This document shows, one piece after another, positions 9,514 to 19,794 of a stretch of 64,000 nt of DNA (position 1 is its first letter; every line of letters begins with the position of its first letter). The stretch spans positions 448,074-512,073 of the forward strand of contig CBDIDR010000001.1 of assembly GCA_965277895.1 (NCBI GenBank). The letters run 5' to 3'. The stretch is from Flavobacteriales bacterium. Its GTDB lineage: Bacteria; Bacteroidota; Bacteroidia; Flavobacteriales; UBA7312. The translations under genes and the position numbers were made by a program. Under the pieces are notes generated by a model. That model searched no databases and was not told the origin of the DNA. It worked only from the letters and a program-made list of their open reading frames with translations.

Positions 9514-10260
9514 ATGGGAAGAGCATTTGAATTCAGAAAAGCCCGAAAAATGAAACGTTGGTCTGCCATGGCAAAGACCTTTACACGAATCGGCAAAGAC
9601 ATCTCTATGGCCGTCAAAGAGGGAGGACCAAACCCAGAAACCAATTCACGACTGAGAGCGGTTATCCAAAATGCCAAGTCGGCAAACATGCCCAAAGACA
9701 ATGTTGAACGAGCCATAAAAAAAGCCTCAGGTTCAGACTCTGCCAATTATGTAGAAATGAGTTTAGAAGGTTATGCACCACATGGCGTTGCCGTTTTTGT
9801 AGAATGTACTACCGATAATAATAATAGAACAGTTGCCAATGTGCGTTCCTACTTCAATAAATGTGATGGTAACTTAGGCACCAATGGCTCTTTGGAGTTT
9901 ATTTTTGACCGTAAGGCTGTATTTACCTTTTCGGCTAGTCAGATAGAAATGGACTTGGAAGAGCTAGAAATGGAATTAATAGATGCTGGGCTCGAAGAAT
10001 TAGAAAACCACGAAGGAACACTTACCGTAACCACAGACTTCACGGACTTTAGCAATATGCAAAAGCAATTGGAAAGTATGAACATTGAGCTAGAAAGTTC
10101 GGAATTACAACGCTTTCCAAACAACACCAAAGCTCTTGGACTAGAAGAAGCTAAGCTAGTGCTTAAGCTAATCGATAAACTGGAAGAGGATGAAGATGTA
10201 CAAAATGTCTTTCACAATATGGAGATGGGAGAAGAACTAATGGCTCAACTTGACAACTAA
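9514..10260 (+). CDS. YebC/PmpR-family DNA-binding regulator
   Basis: 248 aa. N-terminus [16 protein letters not shown]...[21 protein letters not shown] is characteristic of the family. Confidence 0.9.
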   Translation: MGRAFEFRKARKMKRWSAMAKTFTRIGKDISMAVKEGGPNPETNSRLRAVIQNAKSANMPKDNVERAIKKASGSDSANYVEMSLEGYAPHGVAVFVECTTDNNNRTVANVRSYFNKCDGNLGTNGSLEFIFDRKAVFTFSASQIEMDLEELEMELIDAGLEELENHEGTLTVTTDFTDFSNMQKQLESMNIELESSELQRFPNNTKALGLEEAKLVLKLIDKLEEDEDVQNVFHNMEMGEELMAQLDN

Positions 10261-11801
10261 TGAAAGATAAACTCAAAATATTAGAAGATAAAAAGGCTGA
10301 AGCCCTTATTGGTGGTGGAGAAAAACGAATAGATGCTCAGCACGACAAAGGGAAACTCACTGCTAGAGAGCGTATTCATTTTTTGATGGATGAAGGTTCT
10401 TTCGAAGAATTAGGCATGTTAGTGACTCACCGTTCCACCAACTTCGGACTGGATAAGCAAAAGTTTTTAGGCGATGGTGTTGTCACAGGTTACGGCACTA
10501 TTGATGGGCGACTAGTCTATGTATATGCCCAAGATTTTACCGTAATGGGTGGCTCATTGGCAGAAGCTCATGCCGAAAAGATTTGCAAAATAATGGATAT
10601 GGCCATGAAAAACGGAGCCCCTATAATTGGTCTTAATGACAGTGGCGGTGCACGTATTCAAGAAGGGGTAGTCTCTTTGGGTGGTTATGCCGATATTTTT
10701 TATAGAAATACTCGAGCAAGTGGCGTAGTGCCACAGCTTTCAGCTATTATGGGACCTTGTGCTGGAGGAGCGGTGTATTCCCCTGCTCTCACCGACTTTA
10801 TTATGATGGTAGAAAACACCTCATACATGTTTGTAACAGGACCTAATGTGGTAAAGACTGTAACGCACGAAGAAGTGACTGCCGAAGAGCTTGGAGGAGC
10901 AAGTACACATGCTTCGAAGTCAGGTGTAGCCCATTTTACCTATGCCAATGAGATAGAGCTTATTAATAACCTCAAACGTTTGCTGAGCTATATGCCGCAA
11001 AACTGTGAAGAGGAAGCTCCCGCTATGGATTACCAAAGTGGTGATGAGATTCGTACAGAACTAAACAGCATCATACCAGACAATGCCAGTCAGCCTTACG
11101 ATATTCATGAAGTCATAAACGGCATTATCGACAGAGAATCTTTTCACGAAGTCCATAAAGAATATGCTGAAAATATTGTCTGTGGCTTTGCCCGATTAGC
11201 AGGTCGTTCCATAGGAATAGTGGCGAACCAACCTGCTTTTTTAGCTGGGGTATTAGACAATCACGCCTCAAACAAAGCGGCACGATTCGTGCGTTTTTGC
11301 GATAGCTTTAACATTCCACTTTTAGTATTAGAAGATGTTCCAGGCTTTTTGCCAGGTACTGACCAAGAATGGAATGGTATCATTAACAATGGAGCCAAGC
11401 TCTTGTACGCCTTCAGTGAAGCCACAGTTGCAAGAATAACTATCATCACGCGAAAAGCTTATGGCGGTGCGTATGATGTGATGAATTCTAAGCACATTGG
11501 AGCCGACCTCAATTACGCTTGGCCAACAGCAGAAATAGCTGTAATGGGTGCTAAAGGAGCGGCTGAAATTATCTTTAGAAAAGAAATTAAAGAAGCCAAG
11601 GATTCGGAAGCTAAATGGAAAGAAAAAGAAGCCGAATATGCAGACTTGTTTGCTCACCCTTACAATGCTGCGGCAAGAGGATATGTAGATGAGGTCATAG
11701 AACCATCATCATCCAGAGAAAAATTAATAAAGGCCTTTAAAATGTTAGAAAACAAGGTCGATGTGTTGCCCAAGAAGAAACACGGAAATATACCCCTATA
11801 G
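10260..11801 (+). CDS. Acyl-CoA carboxylase carboxyltransferase (beta) subunit, propionyl-/methylmalonyl-CoA type
   Basis: 513 aa. Carboxyltransferase blocks [36 protein letters not shown] and [16 protein letters not shown] overlap with the previous stop. Confidence 0.85.
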   Translation: MKDKLKILEDKKAEALIGGGEKRIDAQHDKGKLTARERIHFLMDEGSFEELGMLVTHRSTNFGLDKQKFLGDGVVTGYGTIDGRLVYVYAQDFTVMGGSLAEAHAEKICKIMDMAMKNGAPIIGLNDSGGARIQEGVVSLGGYADIFYRNTRASGVVPQLSAIMGPCAGGAVYSPALTDFIMMVENTSYMFVTGPNVVKTVTHEEVTAEELGGASTHASKSGVAHFTYANEIELINNLKRLLSYMPQNCEEEAPAMDYQSGDEIRTELNSIIPDNASQPYDIHEVINGIIDRESFHEVHKEYAENIVCGFARLAGRSIGIVANQPAFLAGVLDNHASNKAARFVRFCDSFNIPLLVLEDVPGFLPGTDQEWNGIINNGAKLLYAFSEATVARITIITRKAYGGAYDVMNSKHIGADLNYAWPTAEIAVMGAKGAAEIIFRKEIKEAKDSEAKWKEKEAEYADLFAHPYNAAARGYVDEVIEPSSSREKLIKAFKMLENKVDVLPKKKHGNIPL

Positions 11802-11802
11802 A

Positions 11803-13089
11803 ATGAATGTATTAGTATTAGGTTCAGGCGGTCGAGAACATGCCCTAAGTTGGAAAATTTCACAAAGTAGTTTGTGTGAAAAACTGTTCATAGCACCTGG
11901 AAATGCCGGAACCAGTTCAGTTGGGCAAAATGTGGACATTAGCGTAAACGACTTTCCGGCAATTAAAACATTTGTTCTAGAAAATAATATTAACATGGTC
12001 GTAGTAGGCCCTGAAGACCCTTTAGTAAATGGAATTTATGACTTCTTCCAAAACGATAGTGCGTTAAGTGATATTTGCCTTATTGGCCCATCCAAAGAAG
12101 GAGCAAAATTAGAAGGGAGTAAAGACTACTCCAAACAGTTTATGATGCGTCATAACATTCCTACTGCGGCCTATGGTAGCTTTACAGCAGAGACTTTAAA
12201 GGAAGGCTGTGATTTCCTTGAAACCCTAAATCCGCCATACGTCCTAAAAGCAGACGGCCTGGCAGCAGGAAAAGGCGTTTTAATACTTGATAATTTAGAA
12301 ACAGCTAAAGCCGAACTGAAGGCGATGCTTACCGAAGCCAAATTTGGTAAAGCCAGTTCTACAGTAGTTATTGAAGAGTTTTTGGACGGTATTGAATTAT
12401 CAGTATTCGTACTTACGGACGGAAAAAATTATAAAGTCTTACCATCCGCTAAAGATTACAAGCGTATTGGCGAAGGCGATAAAGGATTAAATACCGGCGG
12501 AATGGGAGCCATTTCACCAGTGCCATTTGCCGATAGTATTTTCATGGAAAAAGTAGAAAATACCATTATCAAACCTACTGTTTTTGGACTACAAGAAGAA
12601 AACATCGATTACAAAGGCTTTATATTTATAGGATTGATGAATGTAGGTGGTGAGCCTTTCGTTATTGAATATAATGTGCGAATGGGCGACCCTGAAACGG
12701 AAGTAGTTATCCCTAGAATAAAATCGGATTTACTGAACCTTTTCAGAGGCATTGCTAAGGGCACTTTTGGGGAACAAGATTTTTATGTGGACGAGGATGT
12801 GGCTACTACGGTAATGTTGGTTTCTGGTGGTTATCCAGAGAGCTATGAAAAAGGCAAAGAAATAGTTGGATTAGAGGAGGTTGAAAATAGCTTAGTATTT
12901 CATGCAGGGACTAAAGAGGACAATCAAAAAGTGGTGACTAATGGTGGGCGTGTTATGGCACTAACATCCTTTGGAAGAACGATGGAGGAGGCTTTAGAAA
13001 AGTCATTCGATAACGCCAAAAAGATACACTTTGACGGTAAATATTTCCGTAGGGATATTGGCTTTGATTTAAAAGAGGAAAAAGTCTAG
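11803..13089 (+). CDS. purD: Phosphoribosylamine--glycine ligase
   Basis: MNVLVLGSGGREHAL is the canonical N-terminus, and ATP-grasp blocks are present. The track start at 11761 lies inside the previous gene; ATG 11803 is 1 nt after that gene's stop. Confidence 0.95.
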   Translation: MNVLVLGSGGREHALSWKISQSSLCEKLFIAPGNAGTSSVGQNVDISVNDFPAIKTFVLENNINMVVVGPEDPLVNGIYDFFQNDSALSDICLIGPSKEGAKLEGSKDYSKQFMMRHNIPTAAYGSFTAETLKEGCDFLETLNPPYVLKADGLAAGKGVLILDNLETAKAELKAMLTEAKFGKASSTVVIEEFLDGIELSVFVLTDGKNYKVLPSAKDYKRIGEGDKGLNTGGMGAISPVPFADSIFMEKVENTIIKPTVFGLQEENIDYKGFIFIGLMNVGGEPFVIEYNVRMGDPETEVVIPRIKSDLLNLFRGIAKGTFGEQDFYVDEDVATTVMLVSGGYPESYEKGKEIVGLEEVENSLVFHAGTKEDNQKVVTNGGRVMALTSFGRTMEEALEKSFDNAKKIHFDGKYFRRDIGFDLKEEKV

Positions 13090-13253
13090 GTTTCTCCGTT
13101 TCTTTTGAAGGCTACCAATTTGCCAGTCCAGTAAACAAACAATACAGAAATGACAATAATTGCTAATACGTTAGGCACATTTCCAAGAGTTGGCATAATA
13201 GTCCAGATGCTTGAAAATAAATCGCCGATACTGTTCCAAAAAGTTGACCACAT
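13086..13253 (-). CDS. Unlisted small membrane protein (55 aa)
   Basis: Below the track's length cut-off. The minus strand runs from ATG 13253 to TAG 13086: MWSTFWNSIGDLFSSIWTIMPTLGNVPNVLAIIVISVLFVYWTGKLVAFKRNGET. It has one clear TM helix and a basic tail. It fills an otherwise empty 210-bp gap. Its stop overlaps the purD stop in a CTAG palindrome, as at four other convergent junctions here. Confidence 0.35.
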   Translation of the reverse strand: MWSTFWNSIGDLFSSIWTIMPTLGNVPNVLAIIVISVLFVYWTGKLVAFKRNGET

Positions 13254-13299
13254 AGTTGATAAAATATTATTTCTGCAAAATTAGAACAATCATTTAAAA

Positions 13300-14265
13300 A
13301 TGCTAGTAAAAACACTGAAAACAAATAAGCCCTCAGCATTTATTTCGTTCTTCGCTGTGTCGTTTTGTTTGTTCATATTTGATTTGATTGCGTCACTTCC
13401 CGTTCAGCTAGAATCCAATCACCCTATTTTCTCATCTCTGCTAACATTTTTTAGTGCAAACGCATGGCTAAGCTATACGGTGGTTTTTATTTTAGGTCTG
13501 CTAATTGCAATGGGTTGGAATAATCTTTTGACCGACAGAGGGGTGTTCAAAAACATTACCATTCTACCAGCATTTATTCTGGTTATATTGAGTTCGGCAT
13601 TTGAAATATCTGCCATATGGATCAGTTATTTTTTAATGCTCTTTGTTCTGAACAAGCTTATGTCTATTTATCAGAAAAGTAAGCCCTATGCCGCTTTGTT
13701 TGATAGCGGCTTCCTAATTGGCTTATCGGCTACTATTTACCCCGTTTCTGTACTGTTCTTTCTACTGATAATGGTAGCAGTATTTATCTATTCGACCATG
13801 AATTGGAGGCATTTTCTAATTCCACTTTTAGGTTTGCTTACCCCCTTTTTATTTGTCTTTACTTACGGTTATTATTTTGATGTCCTTACAGACTTAAGCC
13901 AGTATTATTTTACTTTCTTTTCATTTGCATTACCCCTGTTTAAGTGGACTATTGGCTTAGTGATTTGGAGCAGTGTTTTAGGCATACTATTTCTGTTATC
14001 TTTTAAAGAAATGGTGGATTGGCTGGCAATGAAAAACTTACGTTCGCGTAAAGCATTTTACTTGTTTTTCGCTTACAGTGCATGCGTATTTATTAGTCTG
14101 TTTTTTACTGCTTTTGATTGGAACCATTTGCTATTATTTGGCTTGCCCATGTCGGTATTGATTGCCAATTACTTTATGTTCTTGCATAAAAAATGGTGGT
14201 ATGAAGGAGCATTTATAGTGTTGATATTATCAACGATATATTTGCATATAGAGCCATTATTTTAG
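13300..14265 (+). CDS. Polytopic integral membrane protein, function unknown
   Basis: 321 aa, hydrophobic throughout with roughly 9-10 TM segments. No catalytic motif recognised. Confidence 0.6.
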   Translation: MLVKTLKTNKPSAFISFFAVSFCLFIFDLIASLPVQLESNHPIFSSLLTFFSANAWLSYTVVFILGLLIAMGWNNLLTDRGVFKNITILPAFILVILSSAFEISAIWISYFLMLFVLNKLMSIYQKSKPYAALFDSGFLIGLSATIYPVSVLFFLLIMVAVFIYSTMNWRHFLIPLLGLLTPFLFVFTYGYYFDVLTDLSQYYFTFFSFALPLFKWTIGLVIWSSVLGILFLLSFKEMVDWLAMKNLRSRKAFYLFFAYSACVFISLFFTAFDWNHLLLFGLPMSVLIANYFMFLHKKWWYEGAFIVLILSTIYLHIEPLF

Positions 14266-14277
14266 CTCTTAAATGTT

Positions 14278-14285
14278 TACATTTG
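14278..14285 (+). promoter_or_regulatory. -7 promoter box (TAnnTTTG) for purQ
   Basis: TACATTTG, with 26 nt before ATG 14312. Confidence 0.4.
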
Positions 14286-14311
14286 AAGTCTAATTTTAAA
14301 TTATTAGTAAG

Positions 14312-15004
14312 ATGAAATTTGGTGTAGTTGTTTTCCCAGGCTCTAATTGTGATAAAGACATGATTTATGTTCTAGAAACCCTTTACGAACAAGAAGTTGT
14401 AAGCCTTTGGCACAAAGACACCGATCTTCAAAATTGCGATTTTATCGTACTGCCAGGCGGATTTTCATATGGAGATTATTTGCGTTCAGGAGCTATTGCA
14501 CGTTTCTCGCCCATTATGGAAAAAATTATAGAGTTTGCTAATAATGGCGGTTATGTTATGGGTGTATGTAATGGCTTTCAAATTTTATGCGAATCTGGAC
14601 TTTTACCAGGAGCACTATTACACAATAACAGTCATAAATTCATTTGTAAAAACGTCTATTTGTCTACACAGAATAAGAATACTTGCGTAACAGTTAGTAC
14701 TGAAGACAAGGCACTTTGTGTGCCTATCGCTCACGGTGAGGGACGTTATTTTGCAGATGCTGACACCCTAAAACAACTCAATGACAATGGTCAGGTGTTG
14801 TTTAGATATTGTGATGAAAACGGTAATATTACGCCTGAAAGCAACCCAAATGGTGCGGTAGAAAATATCGCTGGAGTTAGCAATGCTGCAGGCAATGTAT
14901 TTGGAATGATGCCTCACCCAGAACGTGCTGCTGATAAGGAATTAGCTAATACGGATGGCGGTTACATTTTTGAAAGCATCATCAAAACACTTCTTGTAGC
15001 CTAG
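14312..15004 (+). CDS. purQ: Phosphoribosylformylglycinamidine synthase, glutaminase subunit
   Basis: 230 aa. MKFGVVVFPGSNCD start, GVCNGFQ nucleophile elbow, MMPHPER. Confidence 0.9.
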   Translation: MKFGVVVFPGSNCDKDMIYVLETLYEQEVVSLWHKDTDLQNCDFIVLPGGFSYGDYLRSGAIARFSPIMEKIIEFANNGGYVMGVCNGFQILCESGLLPGALLHNNSHKFICKNVYLSTQNKNTCVTVSTEDKALCVPIAHGEGRYFADADTLKQLNDNGQVLFRYCDENGNITPESNPNGAVENIAGVSNAAGNVFGMMPHPERAADKELANTDGGYIFESIIKTLLVA

Positions 15005-15005
15005 A

Positions 15006-15581
15006 TTACTTTTTATAAAAATTCATTTCATCGATATAGTCGTTTATCTTCTGCGGTAAGAAGTAACTGACCTCTTTTTTCTCCCGAATACTTTTTCTAA
15101 TAAATTCAGCTGAAATATCCATCAGTGGAGCTTTTGTCAATTGCACCTTTTCATGTGTTTCCATGTCACAAGGCTTACATCGTGGTCTTGGGTAGACATA
15201 GATATTATGGTTCTCTAAAATGGATTCATGATTCTTCCATTTATGAAAATGAACAAGGTTATCTTGACCCATAATTAGTGCAAATTCATCATTGGGATGT
15301 GCTTCTCTTAAATAGGTAAGAGTATCGACAGTGTAGGACGGAATAGGCAAATTAAATTCAATATTAGAAGCCTGCATTCTAGGGTCGTCTTCAACGGCAA
15401 TGCGGACGATGGTCAGTCGGTGTTGCTGGTCAAGTAAAGTTTCTTTTGTTTTAAACGGATTTTGTGGCGATACCACAAACCATATTTTTTCAAGGGCAGT
15501 ATGTTCTAGCATGTATTGTGCGATAGCCATATGCCCTATATGGATGGGGTTAAATGAACCAAAAAATAAACCTACTTTCAT
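15006..15581 (-). CDS. nadD: Nicotinate-nucleotide adenylyltransferase
   Basis: 191 aa. GLFFGSFNPIHIGH (the HxGH nucleotidyltransferase motif). Confidence 0.9.
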   Translation of the reverse strand: MKVGLFFGSFNPIHIGHMAIAQYMLEHTALEKIWFVVSPQNPFKTKETLLDQQHRLTIVRIAVEDDPRMQASNIEFNLPIPSYTVDTLTYLREAHPNDEFALIMGQDNLVHFHKWKNHESILENHNIYVYPRPRCKPCDMETHEKVQLTKAPLMDISAEFIRKSIREKKEVSYFLPQKINDYIDEMNFYKK

Positions 15582-16144
15582 CCTATAAATTCTCTAACTA
15601 GATTTAATGATTTATGGCAAGAGTCTTCTAAATTGTCATTAATAACAGTGACATCAAATTCATTTTGATACTCCATTTCCGAAGCTGCTTTAGACACTCT
15701 TTTGTTGAGGCTTTCTTCGTTTTCTGTCCCTCTACTTCTCAAACGTTCTTCTAAGGTCTCAATAGATGGAGGAGCTACGAAAATCGCCAATCCATTTTCT
15801 TTGAAATGAGACTTTAAAGCCAAAGCACCTTTCACATCGACATCAAAAATAATCACTTTACCTTCAGCCCAAAGCCGTTCTACCTCTTCAATTAAAGTGC
15901 CATAAAACATATTGGAATAAACCTCTTCCCACTCCAAAAAGCGGCTCTGATTGATGCGGCTTTTGAATTCGTCAACAGACAAAAAGTAATAGTCTTTGCC
16001 ATCCTTTTCATTTTCTCTAGGGCTTCTGCTACATGCCGAAATAGAAAAAGAAAGCTCAGATATTTGTTCTAGCAAATACTTGACAATGGTAGTTTTGCCT
16101 GCACCTGATGGTGCTGAAAAGATGATTGCTTTTTTATAAGACAT
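15578..16144 (-). CDS. gmk: Guanylate kinase
   Basis: 188 aa. P-loop SAPSGAGKTT and the guanylate-kinase block SCSRSPRENEKDGKDYYF. Confidence 0.95.
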   Translation of the reverse strand: MSYKKAIIFSAPSGAGKTTIVKYLLEQISELSFSISACSRSPRENEKDGKDYYFLSVDEFKSRINQSRFLEWEEVYSNMFYGTLIEEVERLWAEGKVIIFDVDVKGALALKSHFKENGLAIFVAPPSIETLEERLRSRGTENEESLNKRVSKAASEMEYQNEFDVTVINDNLEDSCHKSLNLVREFIG

Positions 16145-17018
16145 TGAGAATTTGTTCTTTTATCTTTTCTAATTCGTCTTTCATTTTAACAACCTCTTGC
16201 TGCATAGTCGCATCATTGGATTTTGAGCCTATGGTATTGATTTCTCTACCAATTTCTTGACAAATAAACCCAAGTTTTTTACCTTGAGAATTGGCACTTT
16301 GCATAACCTCTATGAAATAGTTGAGGTGTAAATTTAGGCGAGTGATTTCTTCGGTAATATCTAGCTTTTCTATGTAATAGATGAGCTCTTGTTCAAATCT
16401 GTTTTCATCAGCAGACACCTTTAGTTCGTCTATCTTTTCGCGGATGCTCCCTTTTATTTTTTCTATTCTGCTTTTTTCGTAAGCTGCTATTTCATTAAGA
16501 GATGTTCGAATATTTTCAATTCGTAATTCGAAGTCTTCCGCCAAAATACGTCCTTCATCTGCCCTGTAGTTTGTGATGGCATCAATGGCCTGTGAGAGTA
16601 AAGATTCTATCTGTGTCCATTCCGACTCGTCTATTTCTTCTTTTTTGCTTTTCAGTACATCAGGTAAACGCATGATGCTACTCATAATATCGTCGGTATT
16701 GTCTAGCTCTTTGGCGATGCCTTTTAAGTCTGAATAATAGGCTTTGACAACCTCACTATTGATGGTGGCAGATAGTTCGGAATGTGTTTGTTCAACAAAT
16801 AAGGCAACGTCAATTTTACCTCTATTTAGTGACTGCCCAACTGTCTTGCGAATACTCAGTTCCTTTTCCCTGTAAGCGGAGGGCATACGGACGCTCATAT
16901 CAATCTGCTTGCTATTTAGCGATTTAATTTCAATAGTCAGTTTTTTATTCTGCGTATTGATTTCGGCTTTTCCAAAGCCTGTCATGGATAGAATCATATT
17001 CTGCTTATTTGATGACAA
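16134..17018 (-). CDS. yicC: YicC-family protein (stress-induced endoribonuclease family)
   Basis: 294 aa. SMTGFG N-terminus and a C-terminal block GKKLGFICQEIGREINTIGSK typical of YicC. Confidence 0.85.
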   Translation of the reverse strand: MSSNKQNMILSMTGFGKAEINTQNKKLTIEIKSLNSKQIDMSVRMPSAYREKELSIRKTVGQSLNRGKIDVALFVEQTHSELSATINSEVVKAYYSDLKGIAKELDNTDDIMSSIMRLPDVLKSKKEEIDESEWTQIESLLSQAIDAITNYRADEGRILAEDFELRIENIRTSLNEIAAYEKSRIEKIKGSIREKIDELKVSADENRFEQELIYYIEKLDITEEITRLNLHLNYFIEVMQSANSQGKKLGFICQEIGREINTIGSKSNDATMQQEVVKMKDELEKIKEQILNVL

Positions 17019-17031
17019 AGGTAATAAATTG

Positions 17032-17925
17032 CTATTCTTGAAGTGCTTTTGGCTTATGACTTACTAAATAAACTCCCAAACAGATTAGAACTGCCGATAA
17101 AATTTTAATGAAATCGAGCTCATCGCTGCTAGCAATTACAGCCACTATGCTTGCTAGAACTGGCTGAAGATAAATATAGGTGCTTACGGTAGAGGGATTG
17201 AGGGTTTTTAAGCCATAAATATTAAATAAGTACGCCAAAAAGGTGGTGCAAATGACCACAAAACCCACCTCCCACATGATTATTGTTGGAATAGTACTCC
17301 ATTCTATAGATTGAAATTCTGACCATCCAAATGGGCTAACGAACAGTAATCCAAACAAAAACACCCAACTTATTACAGTAATAGGCTTGTATTTCTTCAT
17401 CAAGGACTTTACTAATACAAGGTAGATGGCATAAGAGGTAGCGTTTATAAAGACTAAAGCATTTCCGTAAAAATGCTCTTGACTGAGGGTGATATTTCCG
17501 CCATTAGTAATAAGCGTTAATGCACCAATTGCTCCTACTCCAATGCCTAGCCATTTGCGTTTACTAAGGGTTTCGGTGGACATAAATCCTGCAAAAATCA
17601 ATACTAGTATGGGATTGACCACCATTATTACTGCGGCATTGATAGGGGTAGTTAAATTTAGTCCTTCGAAAAATAACATTTGATTGATGGCAACGCCAAA
17701 AAGTGCACAAAGGGCTAAAAGAGGGATGTCCTTTTTAGCGACTTTCTCATAAAAAAAGAATTTGTAACATAACCAAAATAGCACCACTGCACCACTTACT
17801 CTAATGAATATAAAGCCGAGTGGCTCTATGTAGGTTGGCATCACATCTTTAGCTACAGTATAATTAATGCCGTAGATAAGATTAGCTCCAAATAAAGCCA
17901 AGTGAGCTAATAGATTTTTATTCAT
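17032..17925 (-). CDS. EamA/DMT-family transporter
   Basis: 297 aa, 10 TM segments arranged as two EamA-like halves. Confidence 0.8.
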   Translation of the reverse strand: MNKNLLAHLALFGANLIYGINYTVAKDVMPTYIEPLGFIFIRVSGAVVLFWLCYKFFFYEKVAKKDIPLLALCALFGVAINQMLFFEGLNLTTPINAAVIMVVNPILVLIFAGFMSTETLSKRKWLGIGVGAIGALTLITNGGNITLSQEHFYGNALVFINATSYAIYLVLVKSLMKKYKPITVISWVFLFGLLFVSPFGWSEFQSIEWSTIPTIIMWEVGFVVICTTFLAYLFNIYGLKTLNPSTVSTYIYLQPVLASIVAVIASSDELDFIKILSAVLICLGVYLVSHKPKALQE

Positions 17926-18265
17926 TAAGGCTCTTTTTTAATGCTTCAACAGTCTTCTTACTGTTACCAACAAAAATAGAATCGTTAACGATAAATACGG
18001 GACGCTTCAAAAAGGTGTCTTCTTCTAAAATTAAACGTTTATAGTCACTTTCAGAAAGGGATTTGTCTTTTAGCCCCATGCTTTTGTACTTTATGGCTCG
18101 TCTGCTAAACAAAGATTCATAGGAGCCTGATAAATTTGCCATTTCATCAATTTGATGTTCGGTAATTTTTTCTTCTCTAATATTTTGGCTGTCTCCTTGC
18201 CAATTTATTTCATCTAGTATTCGCTGACACGTACTGCATTGAGCTAGGTGGTATGCTTTTTTCAT
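17918..18265 (-). CDS. ArsC/Spx-family thioredoxin-fold protein
   Basis: 115 aa. N-terminal CSTCQR and a length typical of the ArsC/YffB family. Confidence 0.7.
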   Translation of the reverse strand: MKKAYHLAQCSTCQRILDEINWQGDSQNIREEKITEHQIDEMANLSGSYESLFSRRAIKYKSMGLKDKSLSESDYKRLILEEDTFLKRPVFIVNDSIFVGNSKKTVEALKKSLNE

Positions 18266-18408
18266 GGGTTAAAAATACAAAACAAAATTAGATGCTTGAA
18301 AGCGTAAGATTTTAGTTTTTGGTATTTGATTTGGAAGTGAGTACGTTTTAAATTGCATAGACTTTTATTAACGTAAACCTATCCTCTTCATGAAAAAATT
18401 ATCCATAA

Positions 18409-18579
18409 TCAAGCAGATGCTTAAAGCATGGTAAAATAGTAAATCAATATATAGTCGATGGGTTAGGTAAAAAACATGCTTTCACAGATTTACATACTTT
18501 ACCTGAAGGAGTATATTTTGAAATTCAACAATTTGAGGACGGTTCAATACTAACTAAAAAGTTATTCAATAAGCACTAA
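18409..18579 (+). pseudogene. Remnant of a T9SS type-A C-terminal sorting domain (no usable start codon)
   Basis: The frame opening after TAA 18406 reads SSRCLKHGKIVNQYIVDGLGKKHAFTDLHTLPEGVYFEIQQFEDGSILTKKLFNKH* with no ATG/GTG/TTG. The tail matches the CTD pattern ...G+.V....D...L..G.Y.......G....KK..K seen in the intact cargo of this window. A 14-codon ATG ORF (18390..18434, MKKLSIIKQMLKAW*) sits in another frame just upstream. Confidence 0.4.
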
Positions 18580-18622
18580 TAAAGTAGATAAAGCTCTTCT
18601 TTTTTTATTGGCATATAAAAGA

Positions 18623-18630
18623 TAACTTTG
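18623..18630 (+). promoter_or_regulatory. -7 promoter box (TAnnTTTG) for the transsulfuration gene
   Basis: TAACTTTG, with 18 nt before ATG 18649. Confidence 0.4.
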
Positions 18631-18648
18631 CTGTATTAATGTTTATCA

Positions 18649-19794
18649 ATGAAGTTTAATACCAAAGTTATCCATGCAGGCTTAGAGCCTGACGCAACTA
18701 CTGGAGCAATAATGACTCCAATATATCAAACATCAACTTATGTTCAGGCAAGTCCTGGTGATCATAAAGGGTTTGAATATTCAAGAACTGGAAACCCTAC
18801 GCGAGCCGCTTTAGAAAGTAATTTAGCCGCTTTAGAAAACGCCAAATACGGCTTGTGTTTTAGTAGCGGCTTGGCAGCTATTGATGCCGTTATTAAGCTA
18901 CTAAAGCCTGGTGATGAGGTCGTTTCTACTAACGATTTATACGGTGGGACTTATCGTATTTTCACTAAAGTTTTTGAGAATTATGGCATTAAATTTCAGT
19001 TCATCGGCATGGAAAATGCCGATAAAATTGCCGATTACATAACCGATAAAACCAAATTGATTTGGGTTGAAACACCTACCAACCCTATGCTCAATATTAT
19101 TGATATTGAAGCAGTTGCACAGGTCGCCAAAAACCACAATATAATCTTAGGGGTAGACAACACCTTTGCCTCGCCCTATTTGCAAAACCCTATTGATTTA
19201 GGAGCAGATATTGTTATGCATTCCGTTACTAAATATTTAGGCGGACACTCCGATGTAGTTATGGGAGCATTGATGCTCAACGATGATGCACTCGCTGAGA
19301 AATTATATTTTTTACAAAACAGTTGTGGTGCTGTTCCTGGACCTATGGACTCTTTCCTAGTATTAAGAGGAATTAAAACCCTTCACCTAAGAATTCAACG
19401 CCATTGTGAGAATGGAAAAGCCATTGCGGAATTTTTACAATCACACCCCAAGGTGGATAAGGTGTATTGGCCAGGCTTTGAAAGCCATCCCAATCATGAT
19501 ATTGCTAAAAAGCAAATGAAAGATTTTGGAGGGATGCTATCCTTTTCATTAGTCGGGAACCGAATAGAAGATGCTTTTAAAGTGGTTTCCTCAACCCATT
19601 ATTTTACTCTTGCGGAATCTCTTGGTGGGGTAGAGTCATTATGCGGACACCCTGCAAGTATGACGCATGCTGCCATCCCAAAAGAAGAACGTGAAAAGAC
19701 AGGGGTAGTAGATTCACTTATTCGTTTAAGTGTAGGAGTTGAGGATATTGACGATTTAATTACTGATTTAGATAACGCATTGAACACATTATAA
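18649..19794 (+). CDS. PLP-dependent transsulfuration enzyme (cystathionine gamma-synthase/beta-lyase family)
   Basis: 381 aa. PLP-lysine block HSVTKYLGGHSD and the N-terminal YSRTGNPT motif. Exact reaction specificity cannot be read from the sequence. Confidence 0.85.
   Translation: MKFNTKVIHAGLEPDATTGAIMTPIYQTSTYVQASPGDHKGFEYSRTGNPTRAALESNLAALENAKYGLCFSSGLAAIDAVIKLLKPGDEVVSTNDLYGGTYRIFTKVFENYGIKFQFIGMENADKIADYITDKTKLIWVETPTNPMLNIIDIEAVAQVAKNHNIILGVDNTFASPYLQNPIDLGADIVMHSVTKYLGGHSDVVMGALMLNDDALAEKLYFLQNSCGAVPGPMDSFLVLRGIKTLHLRIQRHCENGKAIAEFLQSHPKVDKVYWPGFESHPNHDIAKKQMKDFGGMLSFSLVGNRIEDAFKVVSSTHYFTLAESLGGVESLCGHPASMTHAAIPKEEREKTGVVDSLIRLSVGVEDIDDLITDLDNALNTL

Noticed and set aside
18266-18648. 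Possible SAM or other riboswitch upstream of the transsulfuration gene
   Set aside because: I could not find the conserved helices or junction sequences of SAM-type riboswitches. The region is better explained by a T9SS CTD remnant plus a TAACTTTG promoter box. A covariance-model scan (Rfam/Infernal) would be the decisive test.
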